A stretch of 63,744 bases of DNA, the filler included, from Octopus bimaculoides (lineage: Eukaryota), in NCBI RefSeq assembly GCF_001194135.2. It is 4 parts of 4 records of this genome, joined end to end, with 100 filler letters (N's around TTAATTAATTAA, not from the genome) between each part and the next. Parts side by side here need not be neighbours in the genome. Positions count along the whole stretch, not along the records: positions 24,287 to 48,225 come from NC_068996.1; positions 48,326 to 56,891 come from NC_068993.1; 2 more parts are not named here. One strand, given 5' to 3'. Under the pieces are notes generated by a model, which was given only the letters and a program-made list of their open reading frames with translations, was not told the DNA's origin and made no database searches. The translations under genes were made by a program, and so were the position numbers. The number at the start of each line of letters is the position of its first letter. The stretch's first letter is position 1. This document shows, piece by piece, positions 38,776 through 49,912 of this stretch.

Positions 38776-39368
38776 TGTGATCATATCATCAACATCATTG
38801 TTTATCATCATTATAAGTCATCCTTTTCCTCCTCCTCTTCATCTACATTATCATCATCATCAAGAACAACAACAACAACAGCAACAGCAGCAACACGTTC
38901 ATCATCATTGTAATATTCATCTTTTTCCATAGCAACATATCTCTAATAAGTTTGTTTCTGGAACTTGTCATCCATCTGTGATGTTCAAAGAGGTCTGAGA
39001 TCTAATCTCACTGACTCTACTCATTACTCTCTCAATCTTCCAACAAACACTCATCATTGAATTCTCTACACATCACCAACTTTCAGTACACTTCAGTTGA
39101 TGTCTTTAATATCAAGTCTCAGTCAAAGACTTCTTCAGTTCATTGCTTCACCATCTTTCAAGGTAATTGAATAGCATGTATGTATATGCATACATATATA
39201 TATGTGTGTATGTGCATATATATATTTATCTATCTATCTATATATATATATATATGTATGTATGTGTGTATGCACATGTACGTGTACAGAGACAACCTCA
39301 CACACACAACACACACACGTGCACACACACATGCGCACACACACGCACGCGCACGCACACACACACAC

Positions 39369-39399
<31 letters not shown>

Positions 39400-39587
39400 T
39401 ACATGTAGGTATATCCAGCAGACAATATATATTTCATTAACATGTAACATCACACTTCTTAAACAATGTTCATACATCAAACGGTTCCCACAGTTCTTTT
39501 ACATATAAATGTATAAATACAAAAAAAAAGAAACCATCATTTGCACCGTGTAAACCAAGATCTCATTTGTTATGCACATACATACAC

Positions 39588-39624
<37 letters not shown>

Positions 39625-39625
<1 letters not shown>

Positions 39626-41060
39626 CATTATCATCATCGTTTAACCTCCACTTTCCATGCTGGCATGGGTTGAACAATTTGACTGAGGACTGGCGAGCCA
39701 GATAGCTGCACCAGGCTCCAATCTGATCTGGCAGAATTTTTACAACTGGATGCCCTTCCTAATGCCAACCACTCCGAGAGTGTAGTGGGTGCTTTTATGT
39801 GCCACTGGCATGAGGGCCAGTCAGATGGTACTGGCAATGGCCATACTCAAAAGGTGTTTTTATGTGCTACCTGCACAAGTCCCAGGAAGGCAATACTGGT
39901 AACGATCACACTCAAATGGTGCTTTTTACATGCCACCAGCACGGGAGCCAGTCAATGACCCTGGCAACGATCATGCTTGGATGGTGCTCTTAGTGCACCA
40001 CTAGCACAGATGCCAATCATGTGGTGCTATCATTGAATTTGATTTCGATTTCACTTGCCTCAATAGGTCTTTGCAAGCAGAGTTTAGTGTCCAATGAAGG
40101 AAAGGTATGCATAAGTGGGCTGGTATAGGCCACAGTTTATGGTCTCAGTTGGTTTGCTGGGTCTTCTCACATAAAGCATATTTCCAAAGGTCTCGGTCAC
40201 TAGTCATTACCTCGGTGAGGCCTAATGTTCGAAGGTCGTGCCTCACCACCTCATCCCAGGTCTTCCTGGGTCTACCTCTTCCACAGGTTCCCTCAACCGC
40301 TAGGGTGTGGCACTTTTTCACACAGCTATCCTCATCCATTCTTGCCACATGTCCATACCAGCGCAATCGTCTCTTTTGCACACCACAACTGATGCTTCTT
40401 AGGTCTAACTTTTCTCTCAAGGTACTTACACTCTGTCTAGTATGCACACTGACATTACACATCCATCAGAGCATACTAGCTTCATTCCTTGTGAGCCTAC
40501 GCATGTCCTCAGCAGTCACGGCCCATGTTTCACTGCCATGTAGCATAGCTGTTCGTACACATGCATCATACAGTCTGCCTTTTACTCTGAGCGAGAGGCC
40601 CTTTGTCACCAGCAGAGGTAAGAGCTCTTTGAACTTTGCCCAGGCTATTCTTATTCTAGCAGCTACACTTTCAGTGCACCCACCCCCACTACTGACTTGG
40701 TCACCTAGGTAACGGAAGCTATCAACTACTTCTAGTTTTTCTCCTTGGAATGTAACAGAAGCTGTTCTCTGCACATTTCCAGTGTTTATTGCTCCAAACA
40801 TCTGCCACATACAAAAACTATCTTCCCAGTTAATGTTTCTTTGATATTGCTGCACCTCTTATATGTCCATAGCTTACACTGGGTACATCTTATAGAGTAT
40901 CTACATATGCCTTTTCTACAGATCGAACAGGACCATCTACCTGAAGGGATTTTGTCTGCCTTCCTACTTATTAGGACTTTGGTTTTAGCTAGGTTGACTC
41001 TAAGGCCTTTCGATTCTAATCCTTGCTTCCACACCTAAAACTTCTCCTCTAGTTCTAATA
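39625..41060 (-). mobile_element. RTE LINE, 5'-truncated, frameshifted
   Basis: GLESKGLRVNLAKTKV, PHD-like CSICRKG...CTQCKLW, FRYLGDQV...RLRWYGHVARM...RGRPRKTW, UTR, (GAT)n. Confidence 0.92.
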
Positions 41061-41152
41061 GTGACTCATGTGTGTGTGTATGTCTATATATGAGTGTGTG
41101 TGTGTTATACATATTTTTTACTTGTTTTAATACACACACACGCACATATACA

Positions 41153-41489
41153 TACATTATATACAATGGACAAATAGGTGTCCTCATCTTGTTTGTTGGT
41201 ATCACAAAATTTCCACTGGTGTATTCTCCAGCCTTCATCAGGTATCCTGGTGGAATTTTGAACCCAACCCTTTATTTGACAATGTTCTCATTCCTAACAT
41301 TTGTTGCTGATGTTATTTTTCTGTTGAAATACCTTAGGAATGAGAAAATTGTACCCCATTAGTCAAATAAAGGGTTGAGTTCAAAATTCCACCAGAACAC
41401 CTGATGAAAGCTGGAGAATACATCAGTCGAAATGTTGTGATAACAACAAACAAGGTGAGGACGCCTATTTGTCCATTGTATATAATGTA
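41153..41489. mobile_element. 337-bp palindrome of Penelope-type terminal repeat, each arm with a degenerate minimal hammerhead motif
   Basis: Arms about 41153-41297 and 41333-41489 are reverse complements; CTGATGA-A-stemII-GAAA at 41401-41439 (+) and 41203-41245 (-). Confidence 0.75.
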
Positions 41490-41551
41490 CATAATACATT
41501 ATCCCCAAAATATAGAATAGTATCATATATGTATATGTGTATGTATATGTG

Positions 41552-41604
<53 letters not shown>

Positions 41605-42093
41605 NNNNNNNNNNNNNNNNNNNNNNNNNNNNNNNNNNNNNNNNNNNNNNNNNNNNNNNNNNNNNNNNNNNNNNNNNNNNNNNNNNNNNNNNNNNNNNNN
41701 NNNNNNNNNNNNNNNNNNNNNNNNNNNNNNNNNNNNNNNNNNNNNNNNNNNNNNNNNNNNNNNNNNNNNNNNNNNNNNNNNNNNNNNNNNNNNNNNNNNN
41801 NNNNNNNNNNNNNNNNNNNNNNNNNNNNNNNNNNNNNNNNNNNNNNNNNNNNNNNNNNNNNNNNNNNNNNNNNNNNNNNNNNNNNNNNNNNNNNNNNNNN
41901 NNNNNNNNNNNNNNNNNNNNNNNNNNNNNNNNNNNNNNNNNNNNNNNNNNNNNNNNNNNNNNNNNNNNNNNNNNNNNNNNNNNNNNNNNNNNNNNNNNNN
42001 NNNNNNNNNNNNNNNNNNNNNNNNNNNNNNNNNNNNNNNNNNNNNNNNNNNNNNNNNNNNNNNNNNNNNNNNNNNNNNNNNNNNNNNNNNNNN

Positions 42094-42137
<44 letters not shown>

Positions 42138-42189
42138 CGTTCACTACAAGAGGTTTAATATGGTTTATAATTGCATGGTCCTAAATATA

Positions 42190-42480
42190 CTCCAAAACTC
42201 CACCAGCATTTGTAGTGGAGCTTCTTTTAATTTAAAACAAAGATATTCTTCACATTTAAACTCACTTAAATATGAAAGGCATAGTAGATCTACTTTCCTT
42301 GTAGATCATATACATTACCTTAGGAAGAAGAACAGACCACATAACATAACTGGTCCATCATTGACTCAGGTTCCTCATACCAAAACCAAAATTCTTTGTG
42401 ATGGTCATGTTTGAGAGAATTTATACAAATTCTATCAAACAACCCCACATAATTATTAGACAAGCAATATGTCCATAAAT
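42190..42480 (+). pseudogene. Penelope-like GIY-YIG endonuclease remnant
   Basis: GASFNLKQRYSSHLNSLKY...STFLVDHIHYL...(frameshift)WSIIDSGSSY...CLRE parallels 19700-20098. Confidence 0.7.
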
Positions 42481-42634
42481 TTTTTAAATCATTTAAATTT
42501 TACCACAAGTCCAAGTGTGGTAAAGCAATTATCTCTGATTCTCTTGATACATAGTTTTGACACTAATGAGCTCATTTAATTAAGTCATTATATCTACATT
42601 ATTATCATATCTTCTTTTGCTATTCAAATTGACA

Positions 42635-44590
42635 GTACCTTGGTAGATAAAGCAATTAAGGGTATGAAGATAGGAAAGCCTCCGGCCCATCAGGAATCAC
42701 TGCAGAAATGCTTAAAATATCTGGTGGTGTGGGTTATAGTCTAGTCACCCATATAGTCAATCAGGTGATACATGAAGGAGTCATACCCAATGACTGATGT
42801 AGCAGCACCATAGTCAACTGGTACAAAAGTAAAAGGTGACACCTGAGATAGAAATAATTACAGAGGCATCAAATTGTTGGATCAGGTGATGAAAGTCATG
42901 GAGAGGGTCATAGCATAGGGAGAGAGTTAGTTTAGATGAGATGCAGTTTGGTTTTGTGCCAGAGTGAATAACCACTGATGCTATATTTCTGGTAAGACAG
43001 CTGCAGGAGAAATACCTAACCAAAGATAAACCTCTGTACCTGGCTTTCGTTGACATGGAGAAAGCCTTTGACAGGGTCCCCCGATCCCTTATCTGGTGGT
43101 CAATGAGGAAACTAGGGATAGATGAATGGTTAGTGAGAGCTGTGCGAGCCATGTACAGAGATGCTGTCAGTAAAGTGAGGGTTGGCAACGAGTACAGTGA
43201 AAAATTCCAGGTAGAGGTAGGGGTCCACCAAGGTTCAGTCCTCATCCCCCTCCTATTTATTATAGTCTTCCAGGCGATAACAGAGGAATTCAAGGCAGGA
43301 TGCCCTTGGGAGCTCCTCTATGCTGATGACCTTGCACTAATTGCTGAATCACTATTAGAACTAGAGGAGAAGTTTCAGGTGTTGAAGCAAGGATTAGAAT
43401 CGAAGGGCATTAGAGTCAACCTTGCTAAAACCAAAGTCCTAAGTAGGAAGGCAGACAAACCACAAATCTCTTCAGGTAGATGGCCCTACTCGATCTGTAG
43501 AAAAGGCATAGATAGAAACTCTATAAGATGTACCCAGTGCAAGCTATGGACACACAAGAGGTGCAGCAATATCAAAGAAACATTAACTGGGAAGATAGTT
43601 TTTGTGTGTGACAGATGCACAGGGGCAATAAACTCTGAAGATGTACAGAAAACAGATTCCATCACCTGCCTGGGGAAAAAAACTAGAAGTAGTTGATAGC
43701 TTCCGTTACCTACATGACCAAGTCAGTAGTGGTGGGTGGTTGCTCTGAGAGCTTAGTTTCTAGAATAAGAATAGCCCGGGCAAAATTCAGAGAGCTCCTA
43801 CCTCAATTGGTAACAAAGGGTCTCTCACTCAGAGTGAAAAGTAGACTGCATGATGCAGTGAAACATGGGATGTGATGTGGTGTGCAAGAGAGACAACTGT
43901 GCTGGTATGGTCATGTGCTGCGTATGGATGAGGACAGCTGTGTGAAGAAGATTCACACCCTAACAGTGGAAGGAACTTGTGGAAGAAGGAGATCCAGGAA
44001 GACATTGTATGAGGTGGTGAAACATGACCTTTGAATGTTGGGCCTCACAGAGGCAATGACAAGTGACTGAGATCTTTGGAAATATGCTGTGATTGAGAAG
44101 ACCCAGCAAGCCAAGTGAGATCGTAGCCATGGCCGAAGTTAGTGTGGCATATCTAGCCCATTTAAGTATACCCTTCAATCATTGAGCAACATGTTATGCA
44201 TGAGAAGACCTGTTGAGCCAAGTGAAATCATAGTCATGGCCGGTGCCAGTGCTGCCTGACTGGCACTCCTGCCAATGGCACATAAAAAGCACCATTCAAG
44301 TGTGGCTGATGCCAGTGCCACCTAACTGGGTCCCCTGCTGGTAGCACATAAAAAGCACCTTCAAGCATGGTCGATGCCCATGCTGTCTGACTGGCTCTCA
44401 TGCTGGTGGTATGTAAAAAGGACCCACTACACTCTCGGAGTGGTTGGTGTTAGGAAGGGCATCCAGCTGTAGAAACATTGTCATATCAGATTGGAGGATG
44501 GTGTAACTTTCTCGCTTGGCAGTCCTCAATCAAATCGTCCAACCCATGCCAACATGGAAAGCGGACGTTAAACGATGATGATGATGATGA
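42635..44590 (+). mobile_element. RTE LINE, RT domain to 3' tail, decayed
   Basis: NNYRGIKLL, AFVDMEKAFDRVP, GVHQGSVL.PLLF, LLYADDL, PHD-like finger, UTR and (GAT)n tail. Confidence 0.95.
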
Positions 44591-44689
44591 TATTTATACA
44601 TCTCACTAGGCCTTCTCTTCTCCTGCTTATGGAGCTTTACACTGAGTCTATCATCATCGTTGTCGTCATCGTCATCGTTGATGTCGTCA

Positions 44690-44985
44690 TCATCATCATT
44701 TAATGTCTGCTTTCCATCCTGGCATGGGTTAGATGGTTTGACTAGAATTGGTAAGCCAGAGAGCTACGCCAGGCTCCAATCCGATCTGGCAGAGTTTCTA
44801 CAGCTAGATGCCCTTCCTAATGCTACCCACTCCACAGAGTGTAGTGGGTGCTTTTTACGTGCCACTGGCATGGGTGCTCTTATGTGCCAGTTATGTGACA
44901 CTCGTATCAGCCACAACTATGATTTCACTTGATGAGTCTTGTCAGGCACAACACATTACCAAAGGCCCTGGTCATTTGTCATCAC
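44690..44985 (-). mobile_element. RTE 3' UTR fragment, tail-to-tail with 42635-44590
   Basis: TTTAATGTCTGCTTTCCATCCTGGCATGGGTT...GATGCCCTTCCTAATGC. Confidence 0.8.
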
Positions 44986-45354
44986 CTCCAAAATTAATCT
45001 AACTTACCAGATGTCTTCACTGATTTACTTATTTGATATCTATTACCCATTATGTCTATATCTGTTTCATCCCTGGACCCTAGAATTTCACTCTACTAGA
45101 ACTTAATTAAAGACGTTTTTTTATTTTATATTTTCTAATTTTTTATTTTTTATTCATCTGTTTCCAACGAGCATACATTCTCACTAACGCTACAAATTTT
45201 TTAATTTTAATTTCAATTTTCAGCATCTATTTCTAGCACCATTGTAACCGTGTGAGTCCTAAATCTCCTCTCACCTCTAGTCATATCACCCTCATTGAAG
45301 TTGGAACTATAATTAGAGGAGAACTTCATTATCTTTTACAACCACTTTATTACC

Positions 45355-45513
45355 ATCCTTTGTGTCACGCTGAATATCCCTGAGAACTACGTTAAGGGTA
45401 CACGTGTCTGTGGAGTGCTCAGCCACTTGCACGTTAATTTCATGAGCAGGCTGTTCCATTGATCGGATCAACTGGAACCTTCTATGTCGTAAGCGACGGA
45501 GTGCCAACAACAA
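45355..45513 (+). mobile_element. SINE family B 3' part
   Basis: GTGTCACGCTGAATATCCC...GGAGTGCCAACAACAAC. Confidence 0.85.
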
Positions 45514-46689
45514 CATATTATCATCCTAAACCTTTTCTGTCCATTCTTCCTATCCAATGATTCTGGCCAACCAAGAGATGAAGCTATCTTAAATCTGATA
45601 TTTTTCATCCTTTATCTATCTGTCTGTGTGTATATATGCTCTAACCTTATTCTCCAAACATGCCCTCACTGCACAGATTAGTATATAAATCTACTCTCAT
45701 ATATCTACCATTCTCTCTTTCCTTTGCACTGTGATATATCATTTCTACTCAATCCTCATCCACTCTCTAAACAAAAATGAAACCATGGTAACTTCCATTA
45801 CCTTTTGCCATGGATTATCATTGAATTTTCACCTATGGAACTGCTAATTGATCTCACTTATAAACTTTATTATTTATTCAATCATGGAACTACCTAATGA
45901 ATATACTTTTCACTCTGTTCTTTCCTTCCTTTTTCAACAAACTGGACAGTACTAGTATCCTCGTTTGGAGATATTCTTCATTTTTATATTTTCTCACTCT
46001 TCTCTCTCTGGTGATGGAATATTTAGCTTATGAAATCCTTGCTCAATATCATGGGCCACCGGCTTGTCTATTCTCTAAGTGACTGTCTCTGTCTATATTC
46101 TATATTTACATTAAAAGTTTTTCAAATGAGGTCAAATGTTTTGATTTTTGATTTTCTATTTTAATATCATCTGTCTGTCTATTTGTCTGTCTGTCTGTGT
46201 CTGTATGTATGTGTGTGTGTGTGTGTGCATGTGTGTGTGCGTGTGTGTACGTATGCATGTGTGTGTATGTGTGTATGCATGTGTGTTTGTATGTATTTAT
46301 GTTTGTATGTATCTATGTATGTTTGCATGAATGTGTGTATGCATGTAACTATTGCGTGTGTGAGTGTCGATGAATGGAAATTATCTGAATTTCTATAATG
46401 TGTCAGAGAATCCATTTTATGACCATCCAGCGGAGGATATGAATGGCAGCAGGCCCTAGAAAAGGTTAAGTGAGATGACTTATACGCAAAAGGTTAGATG
46501 ATGTGCCTCGGATACGACTGCTCAACAAACGCACACAGATACATACATGCATACATTTCTATATAAATATGTGTGTGTGTGTGCGTGTTTGAGTGTGTGT
46601 GTGTATGAGTGTGTGTGTATGAGTGTGTGTGTATGTGTCTGGTTATGAATATATATATATATATATATATCATCATCATCATCACCATC

Positions 46690-47000
46690 ATCATCATTGT
46701 CGTTTAATGGCCACTTTCCATGCTAGCATGGGTTGGACGGTTTGACTGAAGACTGGCAAGCCAGGAGGGTGCACCAGGCTCCAATCTGACCTGGCTAGGT
46801 TTCTATAGCTGGATGCCCTTCCCAATGCCAACCACTCTGAAAATGTAGTGGGTGCCTTTTACATATCACTAGCATGGGAGCCAGCCAGTCAGGTGGTGCT
46901 AGCATTGGCCATGCTCAAATGGTGCTTTTTATGTGCTACCAGCACGGATGCCAGTCACACAGTACTAGCACCAGCCATGCTCGAATGGTGCTCTTTATAT
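46690..47000 (-). mobile_element. Diverged RTE 3' UTR
   Basis: GTTTAATGGCCACTTTCCATGCTAGCATGGGTTGGACGG...GGATGCCCTTCC. Confidence 0.8.
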
Positions 47001-47024
47001 GCTGTGTGTATAATGTGTATATAT

Positions 47025-48225
47025 ATGCGACACATGAAATCTTTCGAGCGAGATCGTTGCCGGTGCCCCTGAGCTGGCTCTTCTGCGGGTGACACATGAG
47101 GTTTTTCGAGCGAGATCGTTGCCAGTGCCCCTGGACTGGCTCTTGTGCGGGTGACACATGAAATTTCTTCGAGCAAGATCGTTGCCGGTGCCCCTGAACT
47201 GACTCTTGCGTGGGGCCGTCGTAGGATTTTCAAGCGAGATCGTTGCCAGTGCCCCTGGACTGGCTCATGTGTGGGCGACACATGAAATCTTTCGAGCGGG
47301 ATCGTTGCCAGTGCCCCTGGACTGGCTCATGTGCGGGCGACACATGAAATCTTTCGAGCGGGATCGTTGCCNNNNNNNNNNNNNNNNNNNNNNNNNNNNN
47401 NNNNNNNNNNNNNNNNNNNNNNNNNNNNNNNNNNNNNNNNNNNNNNNNNNNNNNNNNNNNNNNNNNNNNNNNNNNNNNNNNNNNNNNNNNNNNNNNNNNN
47501 NNNNNNNNNNNNNNNNNNNNNNNNNNNNNNNNNNNNNNNNNNNNNNNNNNNNNNNNNNNNNNNNNNNNNNNNNNNNNNNNNNNNNNNNNNNNNNNNNNNN
47601 NNNNNNNNNNNNNNNNNNNNNNNNNNNNNNNNNNNNNNNNNNNNNNNNNNNNNNNNNNNNNNNNNNNNNNNNNNNNNNNNNNNNNNNNNNNNNNNNNNNN
47701 NNNNNNNNNNNNNNNNNNNNNNNNNNNNNNNNNNNNNNNNNNNNNNNNNNNNNNNNNNNNNNNNNNNGCGAGATCGTTGCCAGTGCCCCTGGACTGGCTC
47801 ATGTGTGGGCGACACATGAAATCTTTCGAGCGGGATCGTTGCCAGTGCCCCTGGACTGGCTCATGTGCGGGCGACACATGAAATCTTTCGAGCGGGATCG
47901 TTGCCGGTGCCCCTGAGCTGGCTCTTCTGCGGGTGACACACAAGGTTTTTCGAGCGAGATCGTTGCCGGTGCCCTGGACTGGCTCTTGTGCGGGTGACAC
48001 ATGAAATTTCTTCGAGCAAGATCGTTGCCGGTGCCCCTGAACTGACTCTTGCGTGGGGCCGTCGTAGGATTTTCAAGCGAGATCGTTGCCAGTGCCCCTG
48101 GACTGGCTCATGTGTGGGCGACACATGAAATCTTTCCAGCGGGATCGTTGCCAGTGCCCCTGGACTGGCTCATGTGCGGGTGACATATGAAATCTTTCGA
48201 GCGAGATCGTTGCCGGTGCCCCTGA
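47025..48225 (+). repeat. 61-63 bp minisatellite derived from the RTE 3' UTR, with a 5-monomer (~310 bp) higher-order repeat
   Basis: GATCGTTGCC recurs at 47052, 47114, 47177, 47238, 47300, 47362, then after the gap at 47772, 47834, 47896, 47958, 48020, 48081, 48143, 48205; variant order A-B-C-D-E repeats. Confidence 0.92.
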
Positions 48226-48325
48226 NNNNNNNNNNNNNNNNNNNNNNNNNNNNNNNNNNNNNNNNNNNNTTAATTAATTAANNNNNNNNNNNNNNNNNNN
48301 NNNNNNNNNNNNNNNNNNNNNNNNN
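48226..48325. other. Artificial scaffold linker
   Basis: N44-TTAATTAATTAA-N44. Confidence 0.95.
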
Positions 48326-48440
48326 GCATAACACCTACATAAACTTCTAACTTGTCTCTTGAGGTATCTGGGTGAGACTTGGATCCAACTTGTACAAATG
48401 CAAAACAAAAGTCAAAAATAAAATAATAATAATAATAATA

Positions 48441-48537
48441 GATAATATTAGGACTGCTATGACTCCTCTGGAAGGAATATGTAAACAAAGAAGAAGAGTT
48501 CCATAATTAAATTTGTTGAACGATATTTCGGTATCTC
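48441..48537 (-). repeat. Penelope-type terminal repeat unit, left part (direct repeat of about 49660-49745)
   Basis: GATAATATTAGGACTGCTATGACTCC...TGAACGATATT is present at both 48441 and 49660. Confidence 0.8.
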
Positions 48538-49580
48538 AATTTCTTTATTGCCCACCGGGGGCTAAACATAGAGGTGACAAACAAAACATGTGGGACATAA
48601 AACATATATAAAAAATAAAATGAATGTTATAACGTATGAAGACATGAAAATGATAAAATGAAAATGGAACCACTCGCCCCACTTACGAGTGGCTTCATTT
48701 TCTACCTTTTAAATCCTGAACCTTCTAAGATATCGCTACCTGTTTCTTCCAGCCACCTATCGTATGTAATAAATCCTGGGAATGAGCTCCAGCTGCAGTC
48801 CACCTCCCAAAAATAAAATCCAACCATATATTCTTGTATTTTTCCCTCCTGCACCTTGTCTGGTATTACATACGAATGATGTTTCTCCACAGTTCCCATA
48901 CACTTTATGTCCCATTCCGCCGTATCCCTTAACAATTCGTCGCTAAGCAACATATAAATCCTACACTTTGCCCTTCTCTTTTTTCACCCTTGTTGCTCTC
49001 ATGCCTCTATACGTAGGCAACAGCACTATTTCTTCGCTCCGAATTGTCGACGCTGTATGTTTCCTTGCTGCTCCTGCATTACGAAACCTCACTTCTACTG
49101 TTCCAAATGTTGAACCTCTAGTCAGGTATAGTATGTCTTCCCAAATCTGCTTTAACGCCTTTTCTATTTACTGTCGTGACGACGTCTATTCTTCCTTTAT
49201 TTATCGAAAAGGTTCGATAGATTATCGTCTTTTTCCTTATTCCGTTTTTAACCTCTTGCGGGGGCGACAGCTTCACTTCAAACCCATCTCGGTTCATTTC
49301 TTCTTTGTGTCTTCGAATTCCCTAATGTCCACTTCTGTTTCCTTACACCTTGCTACATCAGCAAAATTCCGCTTCTCTTTTATCAGTTTCTGGTCCATTG
49401 TCTTAACTGCCTCCAGCAACTCCTCCTCGGACGATAACATGTCTGAGTAACTATAACTGTCTTCAGACATTCTTCAACCAGCTGTCTCTTCTCTTACGAG
49501 AAGAGAAAGCTCAAACAAATTACACACGTAAACACCCAAACCGCTGCAAAGCAGCACAAAAAACTATTCAAAAATCACCG
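48538..49580 (-). mobile_element. ~1.04-kb non-autonomous retroelement: 5' leader, ORF1-like pseudo-ORF (49470 to 48702), Tx1-like 3' tail, 21-23 bp TSD
   Basis: TSD TGAACGATA(T/C)TTCGGTATCTC at 48517-48537 and 49583-49603; MSEDSYSYSDMLSSEEELL...ALKQIWEDILYLTRGSTFGTVEVRF...LLPTYRGMRATRV; no endonuclease or RT motifs seen; tail AGCCCCCGGTGGGCAATAAAGAAAT. Confidence 0.7.
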
Positions 49581-49582
49581 GC

Positions 49583-49623
49583 TGAACGATACTTCGGTAT
49601 CTCGTGTTCCTTCAACGGGTTCA
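49583..49623 (-). ncRNA. Degenerate minimal type I hammerhead-like motif
   Basis: Minus strand TGAAC-CCGTTGA-A-GG...CC-GAAG-TATC-GTTCA: 5-bp stem I, core 2 substitutions from CTGATGA; sister copies at 48517-48537 and 49750-49772 show intact GAAATATC. Confidence 0.5.
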
Positions 49624-49659
49624 AAATTTGATATGTCAGTCTACTTCATTTTTTTTTAT

Positions 49660-49800
49660 AGATAATATTAGGACTGCTATGACTCCTCTGGAAGGAATAT
49701 GTAAATAAAGAAGAAGAGTTCCATAATTAAATCTGCTGAACGATATTCGATATAACACGAGATACCGAAATATCTTTCAGTAAATTTAATTATGGAACAC
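49660..49800. repeat. Second Penelope-type unit plus inverted partial copy (30-bp-arm hairpin 49718-49798)
   Basis: GTTCCATAATTAAATCTGCTGAACGATATT pairs with AATATCTTTCAGTAAATTTAATTATGGAAC (3 mismatches). Confidence 0.8.
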
Positions 49801-49804
49801 TTCT

Positions 49805-49837
<33 letters not shown>

Positions 49838-49848
49838 GATAGATAGAC

Positions 49849-49893
<45 letters not shown>

Positions 49894-49912
49894 TATAGAT
49901 AGATAGATAGAT

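Noticed and set aside
38933-39162. Exon-like segment with good AG and GT signals
   Set aside because: All three frames contain stops.
47025-48225. CRISPR-like array
   Set aside because: No unique spacers, no cas genes, eukaryotic context; it is a tandem minisatellite.
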